In this document: positions 39,766 to 50,683 of the stretch, piece by piece | How positions within the stretch are numbered: position 1 is the first letter of the stretch | Layout of the letters: each line of letters begins with the position of its first letter | Translations under genes and position numbers: made by a program | Assembly: GCA_965199825.1 (NCBI GenBank) | Contig: OZ241329.1 | Coordinates: 2,272,001 to 2,336,000 of the forward strand | Source: Bdellovibrionales bacterium | GTDB lineage: Bacteria; Bdellovibrionota; Bdellovibrionia; Bdellovibrionales; UBA1609 | Length of the DNA: 64,000 nt | Direction: 5' to 3' | Notes under the pieces: model-generated | The model's input: only the letters and a program-made list of their open reading frames with translations | Database searches by the model: none | What the model was told of the DNA's origin: nothing

Positions 39766-41010
39766 CTAGCTGCGCAGAGTTTGCCATAATGCGGTTTCAT
39801 CAAACTCCTTTTCCCATTTAGAAATAACCAGGGTCGCTACCGTATTGCCGATCATATTTGTTAATGCCCGCCCCTCCGACATGAATCGATCCACACCCAA
39901 TATCAAAGTAAGGCCCGCCACTGGAATTTGATTGGTCAACGCCAGTGTGGCCGCAAGTGTAACAAAGCCCGCCCCGGTCACACCAGAGGCCCCCTTTGAG
40001 GTGATCATTGAAAGTCCACAAAAAGACAACTGCTGATAAAAGCTCAGCTCAATACCCAACGCTTGAGCGATAAAAAGGGCGGCAAGTGTCATATAGATGT
40101 TTGTTCCATCAAGATTCATCGAATAGCCGGTCGGCACAACAAGCCCCACAATGGATTGCGAGCAGCCTAGCTGTTCGAGCTTTTTCATCAAAGGGGCAAG
40201 GGCACTTTCGCTCGAGGAAGTGGCAAGCACCGTAATCAATTCCGATTTTAGATAAAGCAAAATTCGAAACAGTGGAATGCGCAAGGTCCAACAGATAAGA
40301 CCTAAAACAAAAACCACAAAACAAAAACAGCTAAGATAAAAACTAAAGAGCAAAAATAAAAGTGGCTTTAAAGATTCGATTCCAAATCGTCCCACCGTAA
40401 ACGCCATCGCCGCACCGGCCCCGATCGGAGCAAGCTTCATCACAAATCCAATAATGCTAAAAAAAATTTCTGAGAGATCTTTTAGGCCAGTAAAAATGGG
40501 GGATGATCGATTTTTGAGTCGACTCAATCCAAAACCAAAAAGAATACCAAGCAGCAAAACTTGGGTGAGGTCGCCCGACCGCGTAAAGGCATCAACAAAG
40601 GTTGTAGGAATCGCATGGCCTAACAGATTAAAATCTTTTGCAGCCTCGGCATAATTTTGGATTGCGGTTTGATCTAGCGATTTTGGATCTACATGAAACA
40701 AAGATCCTGGTTTCAAAATTGATGCGATCAAAAGGCCAACTAACAACGCGAGAGTCGAAACAACTTCGAAGTAAAGAAGACTTTTAAAACCGATTCGCCC
40801 CACCTGCTCACCACTGCGCGCACTCGAAATTCCGATGGCAACGGTTAAAAATACGATAGGGGCAATCAACATTTTGATTAAATTGATAAAGGCATCACCC
40901 AGGGGTTTAAGTGTCACCGCAAATTCGGGCTGATAAACTCCAAGCAATAAGCCAAAGAGCACGCCGCAAAGAACCCAAAAATAAAGTTGGTTACTGAGCC
41001 GCTTCAACAT
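39766..41010 (-). CDS. dctA: C4-dicarboxylate:cation symporter
   Basis: KPLGDAFINLIKM, TSSSESAL, VVPTGYSMNLDGT, SKGASGVTG and DRFMSEGRA. Confidence 0.92.
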   Translation of the reverse strand: MLKRLSNQLYFWVLCGVLFGLLLGVYQPEFAVTLKPLGDAFINLIKMLIAPIVFLTVAIGISSARSGEQVGRIGFKSLLYFEVVSTLALLVGLLIASILKPGSLFHVDPKSLDQTAIQNYAEAAKDFNLLGHAIPTTFVDAFTRSGDLTQVLLLGILFGFGLSRLKNRSSPIFTGLKDLSEIFFSIIGFVMKLAPIGAGAAMAFTVGRFGIESLKPLLFLLFSFYLSCFCFVVFVLGLICWTLRIPLFRILLYLKSELITVLATSSSESALAPLMKKLEQLGCSQSIVGLVVPTGYSMNLDGTNIYMTLAALFIAQALGIELSFYQQLSFCGLSMITSKGASGVTGAGFVTLAATLALTNQIPVAGLTLILGVDRFMSEGRALTNMIGNTVATLVISKWEKEFDETALWQTLRS

Positions 41011-41905
41011 GTTTTTCACGATTGATTCTAAATATGCAATACACCAAGCCAGCTGCCCCCAAAATTTGAAAACGTGTTAGAGCATCGCCTAAAAAAATCC
41101 AAGTGACAAATACCGCAGCTAAGGTTTGGGCCATCTCACAAAAAGCGGTGGCGCTTGCAGTGGTTTTCGACACCCCCAAAAAATAAAGATAAGTCGGAAA
41201 AATTCCTGAGATCACGGTGAGTAAAAAAAACTGATCGGCGTGATCAAGGATACGAGTACTCGATACAGTGTTCCATTTGTTTTTAAAGGTCACAATAACA
41301 AGAAGGGTTATAAATCCGGCTAAAAAACGATAAAAAGTGGCTGAACTCAAAGGCACTTCGATCATCATTCCTCGAGCCACCACCGTGCTTAAGCCCCAGC
41401 TCAAGGCAGTGAGGGCGACCAAAATCAATCCACGATTGAGCATCAGATCTTGAAATGAAAAGTCTTTTCCTACAATCAACACACCGCAACCGAGTGCACC
41501 CAGACCCCAAACGTAAAAATGTCGAGGGATTTTTTCGCCCAAAAGAGTAGCGGCAAAAAAAACACTGATAAGAGGTTGAAAATTTAAAAGCACATTGGCG
41601 ACTGAGGTATTTAAATAGCGTAAGGCTTCGGTAAAAAAATAAGTCCCCAAAGCGCTGCCGAGCACTCCACTTAAAATCACGTAGATCCAAGCTTTTTTTG
41701 AAAAATGGGACCGAGCTCCCTGAGCCAAAAAGGCGGGAAGTGTAAAAAAAAGGCAAAGCCCTTGTTCGATTAAAACCAAGACATCCGAGTCAAAATAAGA
41801 GTTGAGTCGAACCCGAAATAAAGTTTCAGTTCCCCAGAACGCCGCTCCACAGGCCACACACAGGGGCCCCAATATCCGCCAGCTCCTTATTCTTAACATT
41901 GCCAT
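40991..41905 (-). CDS. EamA/DMT-family transporter
   Basis: About ten TM segments in two repeats, with FWG, QPL..LLGEK and FLGD motifs. Confidence 0.85.
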   Translation of the reverse strand: MAMLRIRSWRILGPLCVACGAAFWGTETLFRVRLNSYFDSDVLVLIEQGLCLFFTLPAFLAQGARSHFSKKAWIYVILSGVLGSALGTYFFTEALRYLNTSVANVLLNFQPLISVFFAATLLGEKIPRHFYVWGLGALGCGVLIVGKDFSFQDLMLNRGLILVALTALSWGLSTVVARGMMIEVPLSSATFYRFLAGFITLLVIVTFKNKWNTVSSTRILDHADQFFLLTVISGIFPTYLYFLGVSKTTASATAFCEMAQTLAAVFVTWIFLGDALTRFQILGAAGLVYCIFRINREKHVEAAQ

Positions 41906-42073
41906 TTACAATTGCGATTATGAGAAATGATGTCAACGAAGACTTCAGGAGTTAGGATTTTGTTAAAACATCTAAAGTTTCTTGGATCAAAAAAAATTAA
42001 CTTGTATACCAGGGCTCAACTTCAGCGAATCAGCATGGGTTTCATTTTAAATTTTAGGTCAAGGGGGAAAGGC

Positions 42074-45000
42074 TTGGTAAAGAGTCGGTGGTTGTTTATT
42101 TTTCTGATCTTACTGAGCGCTTGCGTAAAGGGCCAAAAACAAAATCAAAATCAGGGCGAGAGCGTTCAAACTCAATCGGCGGTGTCGACTTTTTATCATG
42201 ACCGCTCTGTGGTCGGTGAATCCAAACGGGGAGAGATGAGTGCGTGGGACACTCCGATCACAAAAATCTTTCGCTTTACAGTTTGCTTTAAAGATCGCTC
42301 GACAAAAAGTGCGCTGCTCAATCAGCCGTTGATTGTCAGTGATGAACAAGGAAAACAAGTTTCAACCCCAGATTCGATGACCGATAACAGTGGCTGCCTC
42401 ATGTGGAATGACAGCATTGCTTATAATTATTTTGCCGATAGCAAATATGTTGAAATCTTTCGCACCGTTCGGGGCAAAGGGAGCATCCACCGCGGCGAGG
42501 TGCGACTCAAACTGTGTATTGATCCCTGGGCCGAGCAAGATGGAATAAAAGACGAGGTGCTCGATTGCGGCATAGTGCAACCACCGACAGAATATGAGGT
42601 CGACCGCAGTCATTCTCCTTCGGCCTTTGCGGGAATGCGTAATGATCAAACAATGCCAAAAGATATTCAACTGTGGCTTGAAAATCCGAGGCTCACTTTA
42701 GCTTCAACCACAATTTCGGCAGATCGAGCTAAACTTCATTCCATCCTTCATTTTAAACCCGGATTTATAAAGAAGTTGATCAATGGATCGCGCTCCAATT
42801 TTATTCCATTACCCCGTGGAAGATTTCAGATCACTCCTTACTTAATAACAAAACAGACTGTCGAAGATCAAAGCCAATCCAGCGTGACTGCGGCCTCCAA
42901 ACCTTTAATGCCAAAAACTTTTGCCAATTCCGATTTTGTCGAGAGCTTTGATTTTATTCCACCCACTCTCGCCCAAATTTGTGAACAGCAATTTGCCCTT
43001 CGTGTTGATCCCATAGGCGCTCCCCAAGGCCATTTGAGATCTGCCGATTTTATTTTTCATATGGGGGATTGCAGTCATTGGACATTTAACGATGCTCTTT
43101 TAAAACTCGATGATGAAGTGCAACAAAAGCTTACCGATGTTTTTGAAGATCAGAGTTTTCGTCAAACAGGAGTTTTACCAAAGTCGATATATTTTCTTGA
43201 TCAATTTCAGCAGGCCTTGGGTGATGAAAAAATAAATAAAACCGATCAATCGATGAATGGGCAAATTCCCAACCGACAATTTTTGTTTGAGCCCTTATTT
43301 GTCCGCTTTGATAGCATTTCACGTGGCGAAACCGCAACCCATCGCACCTTGGTTTTTACCGCCAGCACCTGCGTTCATAATGCGTTCAATCGGCAACGTT
43401 TGGGTAATTTTCATTTTGATGTTTATAAGATTTTACTCGATCCGGCTGGAAATAAAATCGGTGAAGAAAAATTGAACGACCGATTCAATAACGGAAAGCC
43501 CTATTCCACCGATGACATCAACGGATGTGTGACATGGAAAGATTCAATCGATCACGAATATTATGTGCGCGAACATTATTTTCAAAATGTGTATGAGCTT
43601 CGTCATGTTGGCAGTGATTATTCAAAATCGACCACGCCCGAGGAGCGACGGCTCACTGCTGTGATCAATCCATGGGATTATGGTTTTACATTTGGCCGTG
43701 ATATTTCTTACGCGGGTGGCAAATGGGCGGTCGAGGCACAAGAAAAAATGGTCAAGGATAAGCCGGCTTCGCGTTTGGTTATTTATAGTTTCAAATACGA
43801 AACCATTGTGTTTCGATATGAAATTGATAAGCACATGAATTTAAAAGTACAAAAAAATGTGCTGCTTCGAATTGAGCCGCAGGTGATTCGCATGCATAGC
43901 ATCGTGAGTGGGCGTCAACAAAGTCATGAGTCTTTGCGCAATGGCTATTACCTTTTAAAAACCGCACTTCAAAAATATTATGACGACCGCGGAATCGTGC
44001 GCGAATACTTGGACACCTTTCAAAAAATAGTTCAAGTGCAAGGCGGGGTAATTGTTGCCCCCACCAAGTTTTCGGTTTCGGACTTAAGACTGATGCGAGT
44101 CAGAAACAATATGCTGATTGAACTTCAACCCGTCGACGAGCGAGCACTGTGTGATTATAGTTTTCGGCATGATAACCCGGAAAAAATCTCTTGGAGCGAG
44201 GATCGTTTAAGAGCCGAATCTGAAATGGCATGCTCGATCGTTGATCTCACAAAGCAGCTCACCATGCCGCCCGAAGATCAGCTAGATCAGTACATCCTAA
44301 AGGCTGAGCAAACGGGGCTTGAACCGCGGACGTTTGTGGGACCCGTAACACCTCAATCAAATTCATTTAGTTCAAATATGTGGCCAACCGATAGTCTTGA
44401 TGAGTCGGATTGCACCACCGAAACAGTTTGCCGAGAGATTCGCCATGAGAGTGAGTATTGGGTAAAAGAACACCGAAAAAACGCCAATCCCGAAAATGAT
44501 CCCAATCATGTTTTAAGGCAGCACGTTTATGGTGATTTTCAAAAGTTTTTTGAATCCTCCACCATGCGGCCACTCAAAGGCACAACTGTCACAAGCTTAG
44601 TTCAAGATCAAAAGTTGCGTTATAATGAAATCTCTCGGGTGCAGCGACAGCTGGATGCCTCAATTTTTTCGGTAGCCCAAAATCTAAATCTTGAATACAT
44701 GCAGATTCTTCATCCTGAGACGATTGATGAACGGCTTTATCATTTGCCCCTTTCGCTGATTAATCGGGCTCTTCCTACCGAAGATCTTTTTAACAATTTT
44801 TTAAAATCATTAAATTCTCAAACAATTAGCGAGGGGATGTTGTGGGGCAAAAAAAATATTCCTCCGCTTGATCAAACTGATTTTGTTGAATTTTTTAAAA
44901 TAGGGCAAATGAGCAAAAGCTTAAGTCTTAGGTTGTGTCATTATTGGTTTCATGAATTTCTGCCGCTCCAATTAAAAATGAAACCTGCTGAGTTTTACGC

Positions 45001-46420
45001 CACCTCCCGAGATCTTGACCGAATTGATCGCGCTTGCAAAAATAATTTTGATTTAGGTGATGTGGCTTACCGCAATGGAATTTTTGCGGTCGACCAAAGA
45101 CTCAAAGTAGATGAAGTTGGTGATTATGGATTTGAAAAGGGAATGTCGATCAACATTAGTCTGAATGCCGACAAGCGCCGCTCGATGAATCAAGATTTTA
45201 AGCGGACCACATCGCTCCATCTTAAATTACCCACTCGGCTCCCTGTCCTTCCGTCGCTGGCACCTGCGGCAATGGCCTACAATGTGATTGCCGAAGAGAT
45301 CAATCAGTTCACCAATTTCTTGCAAGGCAATATCGTCTCGCTCACTCGTGGTCAAAGCAGCAGCTTAGCCGGTGGACACTCGGCTTCGGTTCAAACCACA
45401 CTTGCGGTGCAGATCGCCAAATTTAATGTCACTCTCAATAAGTATGAGGCTTGCAAAACCATTGGGCTTCGTCCTGAATTTATTCAGGAAACCATTCAGT
45501 TTTTCCATACGCTTTCGCCAAAAATATCCGATGACTTAGCTTTAGATTTGGCAACCCGCGGAATTCTTCTTTGCACCGGAGAGCCGATCACCGATCGACC
45601 AAAAACCTTGCGCGAAAATTATTACTACGTTTCACAAAATTTTGCCGAAGGCGACATGATGGATGTGGGCAATCTTAAAACTCATCCATGGTTACTTCAA
45701 ATTCGTGGCTATCAGGACTTTGCAAAGTTTATGACCTTGGTGGTCGAAAAAACAGATCTCTTAAGTACCGAACGCATTCGAATGGCTCGGCAGCGGATTG
45801 AGGAAGCCGAAGCCGTCGACTATGAGCCATTGGGTATCAAATCCGGTCATCACCGTTCAGAACCCGAGGGTGTGGTCTTACAATCCACAAAGGGAGAGGA
45901 TCCGCTGGATATGACAGTCCCGGTTGAGGCGCGTGGGGTTGCCCAACTTGAGCAAAAAGTGCGGTTAGGCCTTGATCCGTTGCAGCTCGATTTAAAGCAG
46001 CAGACCATCCAAAAAAATAATCAAGCGCGCACCGAGTACGAAAAATTATATAATGAATATAAACAAAACCATATGATTCAACTCGACGCGGCTCCTGATT
46101 ATGTCGATCGGCAAAATGAGTCGGTCGAAGATCAGCGTCAGCGGGTCAGAAAAATGACCAAATATTCGGCCAAAAATGCGGTTCAGTTTTGGGCGGGATC
46201 AAAATCAGAAGCCGATCGCAGGTGGCGCCTTCGCGATGTCCGTATGCTTGGTGTCAATCCCAACATTGTAGGGAATTTATTTAATCCGATCAGCTACGAA
46301 GGCTTTGATAAAGAACTCAAAGACTATCCCTTATTAAAATTGGGCGAAATCTATTCGGGCACACCACCGTCGTCTCCCGGATTTATTACGGTCACCGAAG
46401 ACAGTATTAAGATTGATTGA
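42074..46420 (+). CDS. Giant Cys-rich lipoprotein, paralog B (~1448 aa, function unknown)
   Basis: A TTG start after an AAGGGGGA SD gives the signal LVKSRWLFIFLILLSAC. All 16 non-lipobox Cys are shared with paralog A. Confidence 0.85.
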   Translation: MVKSRWLFIFLILLSACVKGQKQNQNQGESVQTQSAVSTFYHDRSVVGESKRGEMSAWDTPITKIFRFTVCFKDRSTKSALLNQPLIVSDEQGKQVSTPDSMTDNSGCLMWNDSIAYNYFADSKYVEIFRTVRGKGSIHRGEVRLKLCIDPWAEQDGIKDEVLDCGIVQPPTEYEVDRSHSPSAFAGMRNDQTMPKDIQLWLENPRLTLASTTISADRAKLHSILHFKPGFIKKLINGSRSNFIPLPRGRFQITPYLITKQTVEDQSQSSVTAASKPLMPKTFANSDFVESFDFIPPTLAQICEQQFALRVDPIGAPQGHLRSADFIFHMGDCSHWTFNDALLKLDDEVQQKLTDVFEDQSFRQTGVLPKSIYFLDQFQQALGDEKINKTDQSMNGQIPNRQFLFEPLFVRFDSISRGETATHRTLVFTASTCVHNAFNRQRLGNFHFDVYKILLDPAGNKIGEEKLNDRFNNGKPYSTDDINGCVTWKDSIDHEYYVREHYFQNVYELRHVGSDYSKSTTPEERRLTAVINPWDYGFTFGRDISYAGGKWAVEAQEKMVKDKPASRLVIYSFKYETIVFRYEIDKHMNLKVQKNVLLRIEPQVIRMHSIVSGRQQSHESLRNGYYLLKTALQKYYDDRGIVREYLDTFQKIVQVQGGVIVAPTKFSVSDLRLMRVRNNMLIELQPVDERALCDYSFRHDNPEKISWSEDRLRAESEMACSIVDLTKQLTMPPEDQLDQYILKAEQTGLEPRTFVGPVTPQSNSFSSNMWPTDSLDESDCTTETVCREIRHESEYWVKEHRKNANPENDPNHVLRQHVYGDFQKFFESSTMRPLKGTTVTSLVQDQKLRYNEISRVQRQLDASIFSVAQNLNLEYMQILHPETIDERLYHLPLSLINRALPTEDLFNNFLKSLNSQTISEGMLWGKKNIPPLDQTDFVEFFKIGQMSKSLSLRLCHYWFHEFLPLQLKMKPAEFYATSRDLDRIDRACKNNFDLGDVAYRNGIFAVDQRLKVDEVGDYGFEKGMSINISLNADKRRSMNQDFKRTTSLHLKLPTRLPVLPSLAPAAMAYNVIAEEINQFTNFLQGNIVSLTRGQSSSLAGGHSASVQTTLAVQIAKFNVTLNKYEACKTIGLRPEFIQETIQFFHTLSPKISDDLALDLATRGILLCTGEPITDRPKTLRENYYYVSQNFAEGDMMDVGNLKTHPWLLQIRGYQDFAKFMTLVVEKTDLLSTERIRMARQRIEEAEAVDYEPLGIKSGHHRSEPEGVVLQSTKGEDPLDMTVPVEARGVAQLEQKVRLGLDPLQLDLKQQTIQKNNQARTEYEKLYNEYKQNHMIQLDAAPDYVDRQNESVEDQRQRVRKMTKYSAKNAVQFWAGSKSEADRRWRLRDVRMLGVNPNIVGNLFNPISYEGFDKELKDYPLLKLGEIYSGTPPSSPGFITVTEDSIKID

Positions 46421-49400
46421 TCACCAAAAATATTGTGTGGGCTCGATTTTGAGATCGCTTGCTTGATCTTCCCAAATGGGTTTGATCGATTGAACAATCA
46501 GACTTACCGAAGTTCCTTCGTATTCGATTCTTCCTTTTACAATCAAGAAACAGTGAAACAAAAAAACCGATTGGAATTTTTCAAAAATTTTAGGGAATAA
46601 AACCAAATCGATAAATCCGGTCTCATCTTCGAGCACACTAAAGCAAACCCCATTTGCGGTGGGCGGGCGTTGACGAATTAAGATGAGCCCTGCGGTTTCA
46701 ACGTAAGTTCCGGGACGTTGGCTTCGCGCTTGTGAAGTGGTGAACGAAGGTAAAGGCTTAACTTCTCTTAAGGCTTTCATCGGATGGCCAGTGGAAGACA
46801 CATTATAGGCTTCGTATTCTGATTTGATCACCTCATAATGATCTAAGCTTTGAAAGAGCTGGCGATGACTTGACGATTGAAGGCCTGAGAATAAATCCAA
46901 CTGATTTTTTTCTAGCGACACCCGGTCGTGGAGAATGCTCCACAAGGTGTGGCGCTGATCTAATCCAAAGCTTGAAAAAAACTGGGCCATCGCCAAGCGC
47001 TGAAGAATTTCTGGGCTTAATGGAACCTTGGCTAAAAAATCAGCAACACTTTTAAATGGCCTTTTGGATAAAATAAGATCGGCATGCTTTTGAAAAAGCC
47101 CATTGATCAAACGTAAACCCAACCGCAATTTATTATTTTCTAAAGTGCAATCCCACTCCGACAAATTGGGATCTAAGGGTAAAACCTCAACCCCATGTCG
47201 TTTGGCATCGTCGATCAAAGTGTGTGCGGCATAAAATCCCATCGGTTGCGAATTTAAAAGTCCACAGGCAAAGGCCAAAGGATAGTGGCACTTAAGATAA
47301 CACGAGGCATAGCTCAGCAAAGCAAATGAAGCCGCATGGCTTTCGGGAAAACCGTAATGGGCGAAGCCTTTCATGTGCTCTAAAATTTCAAAAGCATATT
47401 GATCGGGAATTCCATTGTTTTTTAATCCTAACAGTAATCGCTCGGCCACTTTTTGGATTGATCCACTTGATCTCCACGCCCCAATGGCTCTACGCAATTC
47501 ATCGGCCTCGCCAGGCGAAAAATTTCCGAGTTCAATTGCAATCTTCATCAATTGCTCTTGAAAGATGGGCACACCCAATGTGCGCGATAAAATTTCTTTT
47601 AGTTTTGGATGCGGGTAGTGGGGCTGAATATTTTTTTGCTTACGATCAAGGTACGGATGAACCATATTTCCCACAATAGGGCCTGGTCGAACAATCGCAA
47701 TTTGAACCACAATTTCATAAAAAGTTTTGGGCTTTAAACGGCCCGACATATTCATCTGAGCCCGAGACTCCACCTGAAATGTACCCACCGTATCGGCGCG
47801 CCCAATCATCTCGTAAGTTTTTTTGTCTTCTGCAGGAATTTGATAAAGCTCAAGGTTGACACTCTCCAAAGTTTTTCTCAAAGCCGAAAGCATGCCTAAA
47901 CTTAAAACGTCTATTTTGAGCAGCCCTAAATAATCAAGATCGTACTTGTCCCATTGAATGATGGTTCGGTTTTCCATGCGGGCCGGCTCAACCGGAACAA
48001 TTTCGATCAACGGATCTGCAGAAAGGGTAAAGCCACCACTGTGGATCGACAAATGGCGAGGAAAGCCGTCCATCTCTTGAGCCAGAGCCTCAATTTTTTG
48101 GCGACAGTTTGGAATAGGACTGTGCTTGCTTAAGGTCTCAAAATCTTGGATTACTTTTTTGGCCGAAAGTGTTCCCACCTGAACACCAAAAACTTTTGAT
48201 AGTTCTCGAAAAGCCGAGCGCTTTTGATAAGTAACAACCGCACTGACCATCGCCGCACGATCGCGCCCATATTTTTGATAAATATACTGGATCACTTCTT
48301 CACGCCGCTCGTGTTCAAAATCCACATCAATATCAGGAGGCTCATTGCGCTCGACCGAAACAAATCGCTCAAAAAGTAAATTCATTCTGACTGGATCAAT
48401 TGCGGTAATCCCTAAACAATAGCACACCACCGAATTTGCGGCCGAGCCGCGCCCCTGACATAAAATTCCTTTTTGGCGAGCAAAGGCAACGATGTCATAA
48501 ATTGTCAAAAAATAATCGGCAAACTGAAGTTGCTGAATCAAAGCAAATTCGTAGTGCAATTGTTTTTTTACATTTTCAGGAATGTTTTTGTTGTAGCGCG
48601 TTTGAGCCCCTTTCCAACTGACCTCCTCAAGATACGACTGAGCACTATGAGGTTTTGGAATCCATTCGGAGGGATAGCGGTAACGCAACTCACTGGGCGA
48701 AAAAGTGCAGGCTTCCGCAATTTCTGCAGAAGCCTTAATGGCCTCTGGCCAATCCCTAAAAAGGCTCATCATTTCAAAAGGTGATTTTAGACAGCGCTCA
48801 GAATTGGGCTCAAGCAAATAGCCCGCATCATGAACACAGACCCCTTCGCGAATAGCCACAAGAGAATCTTGTAAAGGTTTGCGATGACGGGAGTGATAGA
48901 GCACATCATTACAAGCCACCACACGCACACCGTGATAGGCCTCAATTTTTTTTGCCAAAAGAGTGCGGCGGTCGTCATGACCATCTTGAAAACGGCTTAA
49001 ACTTGCAAACAGCTGAGTCGAAAATAACTTTTTTAAAACCAAAAAGTCAGCATCTAATGGAGCTAAACAAAAAATATTTTTAAGATCAAAATTTTTAAAA
49101 TTTGTGATTTCAAAGGTGGCCTTACCTTTTTCTTTTCCCGCATGAGCTTCGGTGATGATGCGGCAAAGTTGACCATAGCCCGCGCGGTTTTTGGCAAGCA
49201 AAGTCAGAGGGGCGTGATCGGTAATTGTGAGCTCAGCCCCAACTATCAATTTAAAATTTTCATTTTTTGAAGCCCAATAGGCTTTGGGTATGGCGTAAAC
49301 ACCGTTTGTGTCGGTGATCGCCAAATTTGTAAGACCAATATCCAAAGCTTGGGCAATCAGTTCCTCGGGTTGTGAGGCGCCATTCAAAAAAGAGTAATGG

Positions 49401-49426
49401 GTTTTACATTTGAGTTCGGCGTACAT
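46421..49426 (-). CDS. dnaE2: Error-prone DNA polymerase III alpha homolog (ImuC)
   Basis: PHP domain (HYSFL, AITD), CQGRGSAANS, PDIDVDFEHERREEVIQY, GFPRHLSIHSGG, YGFPESH and RQRPPTANG. Located in the imu cassette. Confidence 0.95.
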   Translation of the reverse strand: MYAELKCKTHYSFLNGASQPEELIAQALDIGLTNLAITDTNGVYAIPKAYWASKNENFKLIVGAELTITDHAPLTLLAKNRAGYGQLCRIITEAHAGKEKGKATFEITNFKNFDLKNIFCLAPLDADFLVLKKLFSTQLFASLSRFQDGHDDRRTLLAKKIEAYHGVRVVACNDVLYHSRHRKPLQDSLVAIREGVCVHDAGYLLEPNSERCLKSPFEMMSLFRDWPEAIKASAEIAEACTFSPSELRYRYPSEWIPKPHSAQSYLEEVSWKGAQTRYNKNIPENVKKQLHYEFALIQQLQFADYFLTIYDIVAFARQKGILCQGRGSAANSVVCYCLGITAIDPVRMNLLFERFVSVERNEPPDIDVDFEHERREEVIQYIYQKYGRDRAAMVSAVVTYQKRSAFRELSKVFGVQVGTLSAKKVIQDFETLSKHSPIPNCRQKIEALAQEMDGFPRHLSIHSGGFTLSADPLIEIVPVEPARMENRTIIQWDKYDLDYLGLLKIDVLSLGMLSALRKTLESVNLELYQIPAEDKKTYEMIGRADTVGTFQVESRAQMNMSGRLKPKTFYEIVVQIAIVRPGPIVGNMVHPYLDRKQKNIQPHYPHPKLKEILSRTLGVPIFQEQLMKIAIELGNFSPGEADELRRAIGAWRSSGSIQKVAERLLLGLKNNGIPDQYAFEILEHMKGFAHYGFPESHAASFALLSYASCYLKCHYPLAFACGLLNSQPMGFYAAHTLIDDAKRHGVEVLPLDPNLSEWDCTLENNKLRLGLRLINGLFQKHADLILSKRPFKSVADFLAKVPLSPEILQRLAMAQFFSSFGLDQRHTLWSILHDRVSLEKNQLDLFSGLQSSSHRQLFQSLDHYEVIKSEYEAYNVSSTGHPMKALREVKPLPSFTTSQARSQRPGTYVETAGLILIRQRPPTANGVCFSVLEDETGFIDLVLFPKIFEKFQSVFLFHCFLIVKGRIEYEGTSVSLIVQSIKPIWEDQASDLKIEPTQYFW

Positions 49427-50682
49427 TAATCAAAAATTCCATGTAAAAAATAAGTTTCGCCGGCTTTAAAAACCCACAGTTCTTCATGGGTATCGGTTTT
49501 AAGGCGATAGTATTCGCGCGATTGATCCATGCACCACCATTCGCCGGTGATTTTTTCGGGCCCCTTTTTTTCGACCACTTTCCATTTGTGGTGACGCCAA
49601 CAAAAAGCTTCTTCTGAAATTTTTAATTCCAAAGGATATTTCATGAGTCGAGTGGGTCTTTGAGGCAGCGAAGATTTAAGGCTTTGGCTAAAGTCCAAGG
49701 TTTTGGTCCAAGACTTTTCGGGCAAATAACTTTCTAACGGAGAAGCCAAAAACACATTCTCCAATCCGAGGCGTTCGGTCAGGCGCACGATCAGGGCTTT
49801 TACATTTTCGGCCGCTTCTTCTTTTTTAGAAAAAAAATCTTTTTGGCGAAATTCTCCAGGCACAGTGGACAAAACCTCAATTTCAACTTCACACAAATCC
49901 GACTCTAACGGTGTTGATTGAAGTTCGCGGCTCAAGCGCTCTTTGACCACAGCAATCAAATCGGGAACCGAATTTTGGGCAAAGGCCAGATCAAAATGCC
50001 ACCGGCGAGAGGTGTCTTTAACGGTCGAGTATTTTTCGATCTGAATTTTAAGATCAAAACTCATCAGTACATGCCCACGGCCGCTTAATCTTAAAATCAC
50101 ATGGTCAAAAAGTTTTTTAAGATAAAAAAGCAAAGGCTCGATCGATAAGCATCTCGTCTCTTCAAAAGCCAACGACTCAACAATTTTTTCGGGCGGCTGA
50201 AATTGCCGCCATGGAATCTGAATTTCATTTTCATAAACACAAAACGCGGTCCAAACATGTTTTCCAAAACGAGCCGGAATGCTCAATCGCGGAAGCAATT
50301 TTAAATCGATCAAACTTTTTATATTTAATTTTTTTAAGGTTTGGATTGCCTTTGTAAGATCTTTTGATCGTTGAAGGGGGCTTGCATAAATCTGCAACGC
50401 CTCAATCGGCAAAAGTGCACGCTCGCGCTTGCCGAAATAAGCCAAACTCAGAGCTGTGGGAATATCATTTTCGATCGCAATTTTGGCATTGAGTCCAAAT
50501 TGCTGCAGCAAAAAATGAAGCCGCGATAAAAAAACAGATTCGCTATAAAGTTTGCGGCATGCCTCAATCTCTATAAATAGACATTGATCGCCAAACATAA
50601 TTTGTGGACTTAAAGTAAGGCAAGCCTCAGCAAACGAAGTCATTGGAAGGGTATCGCTAAAAAGAACGCACGCCACCTTCAT
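49426..50682 (-). CDS. imuB: ImuB (inactive Y-family polymerase scaffold)
   Basis: Position between imuA and dnaE2. L..RL..RLG, PQRPTRL, GPEKITGEWW and a C-terminal FLHGIFD typical of ImuB. Confidence 0.85.
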   Translation of the reverse strand: MKVACVLFSDTLPMTSFAEACLTLSPQIMFGDQCLFIEIEACRKLYSESVFLSRLHFLLQQFGLNAKIAIENDIPTALSLAYFGKRERALLPIEALQIYASPLQRSKDLTKAIQTLKKLNIKSLIDLKLLPRLSIPARFGKHVWTAFCVYENEIQIPWRQFQPPEKIVESLAFEETRCLSIEPLLFYLKKLFDHVILRLSGRGHVLMSFDLKIQIEKYSTVKDTSRRWHFDLAFAQNSVPDLIAVVKERLSRELQSTPLESDLCEVEIEVLSTVPGEFRQKDFFSKKEEAAENVKALIVRLTERLGLENVFLASPLESYLPEKSWTKTLDFSQSLKSSLPQRPTRLMKYPLELKISEEAFCWRHHKWKVVEKKGPEKITGEWWCMDQSREYYRLKTDTHEELWVFKAGETYFLHGIFD

Positions 50683-50683
50683 C

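Noticed and set aside
41927..42073. 49-aa N-terminal extension of paralog B in the ORF track
   Set aside because: The SD, the lipoprotein signal and alignment with paralog A all point to TTG 42074.
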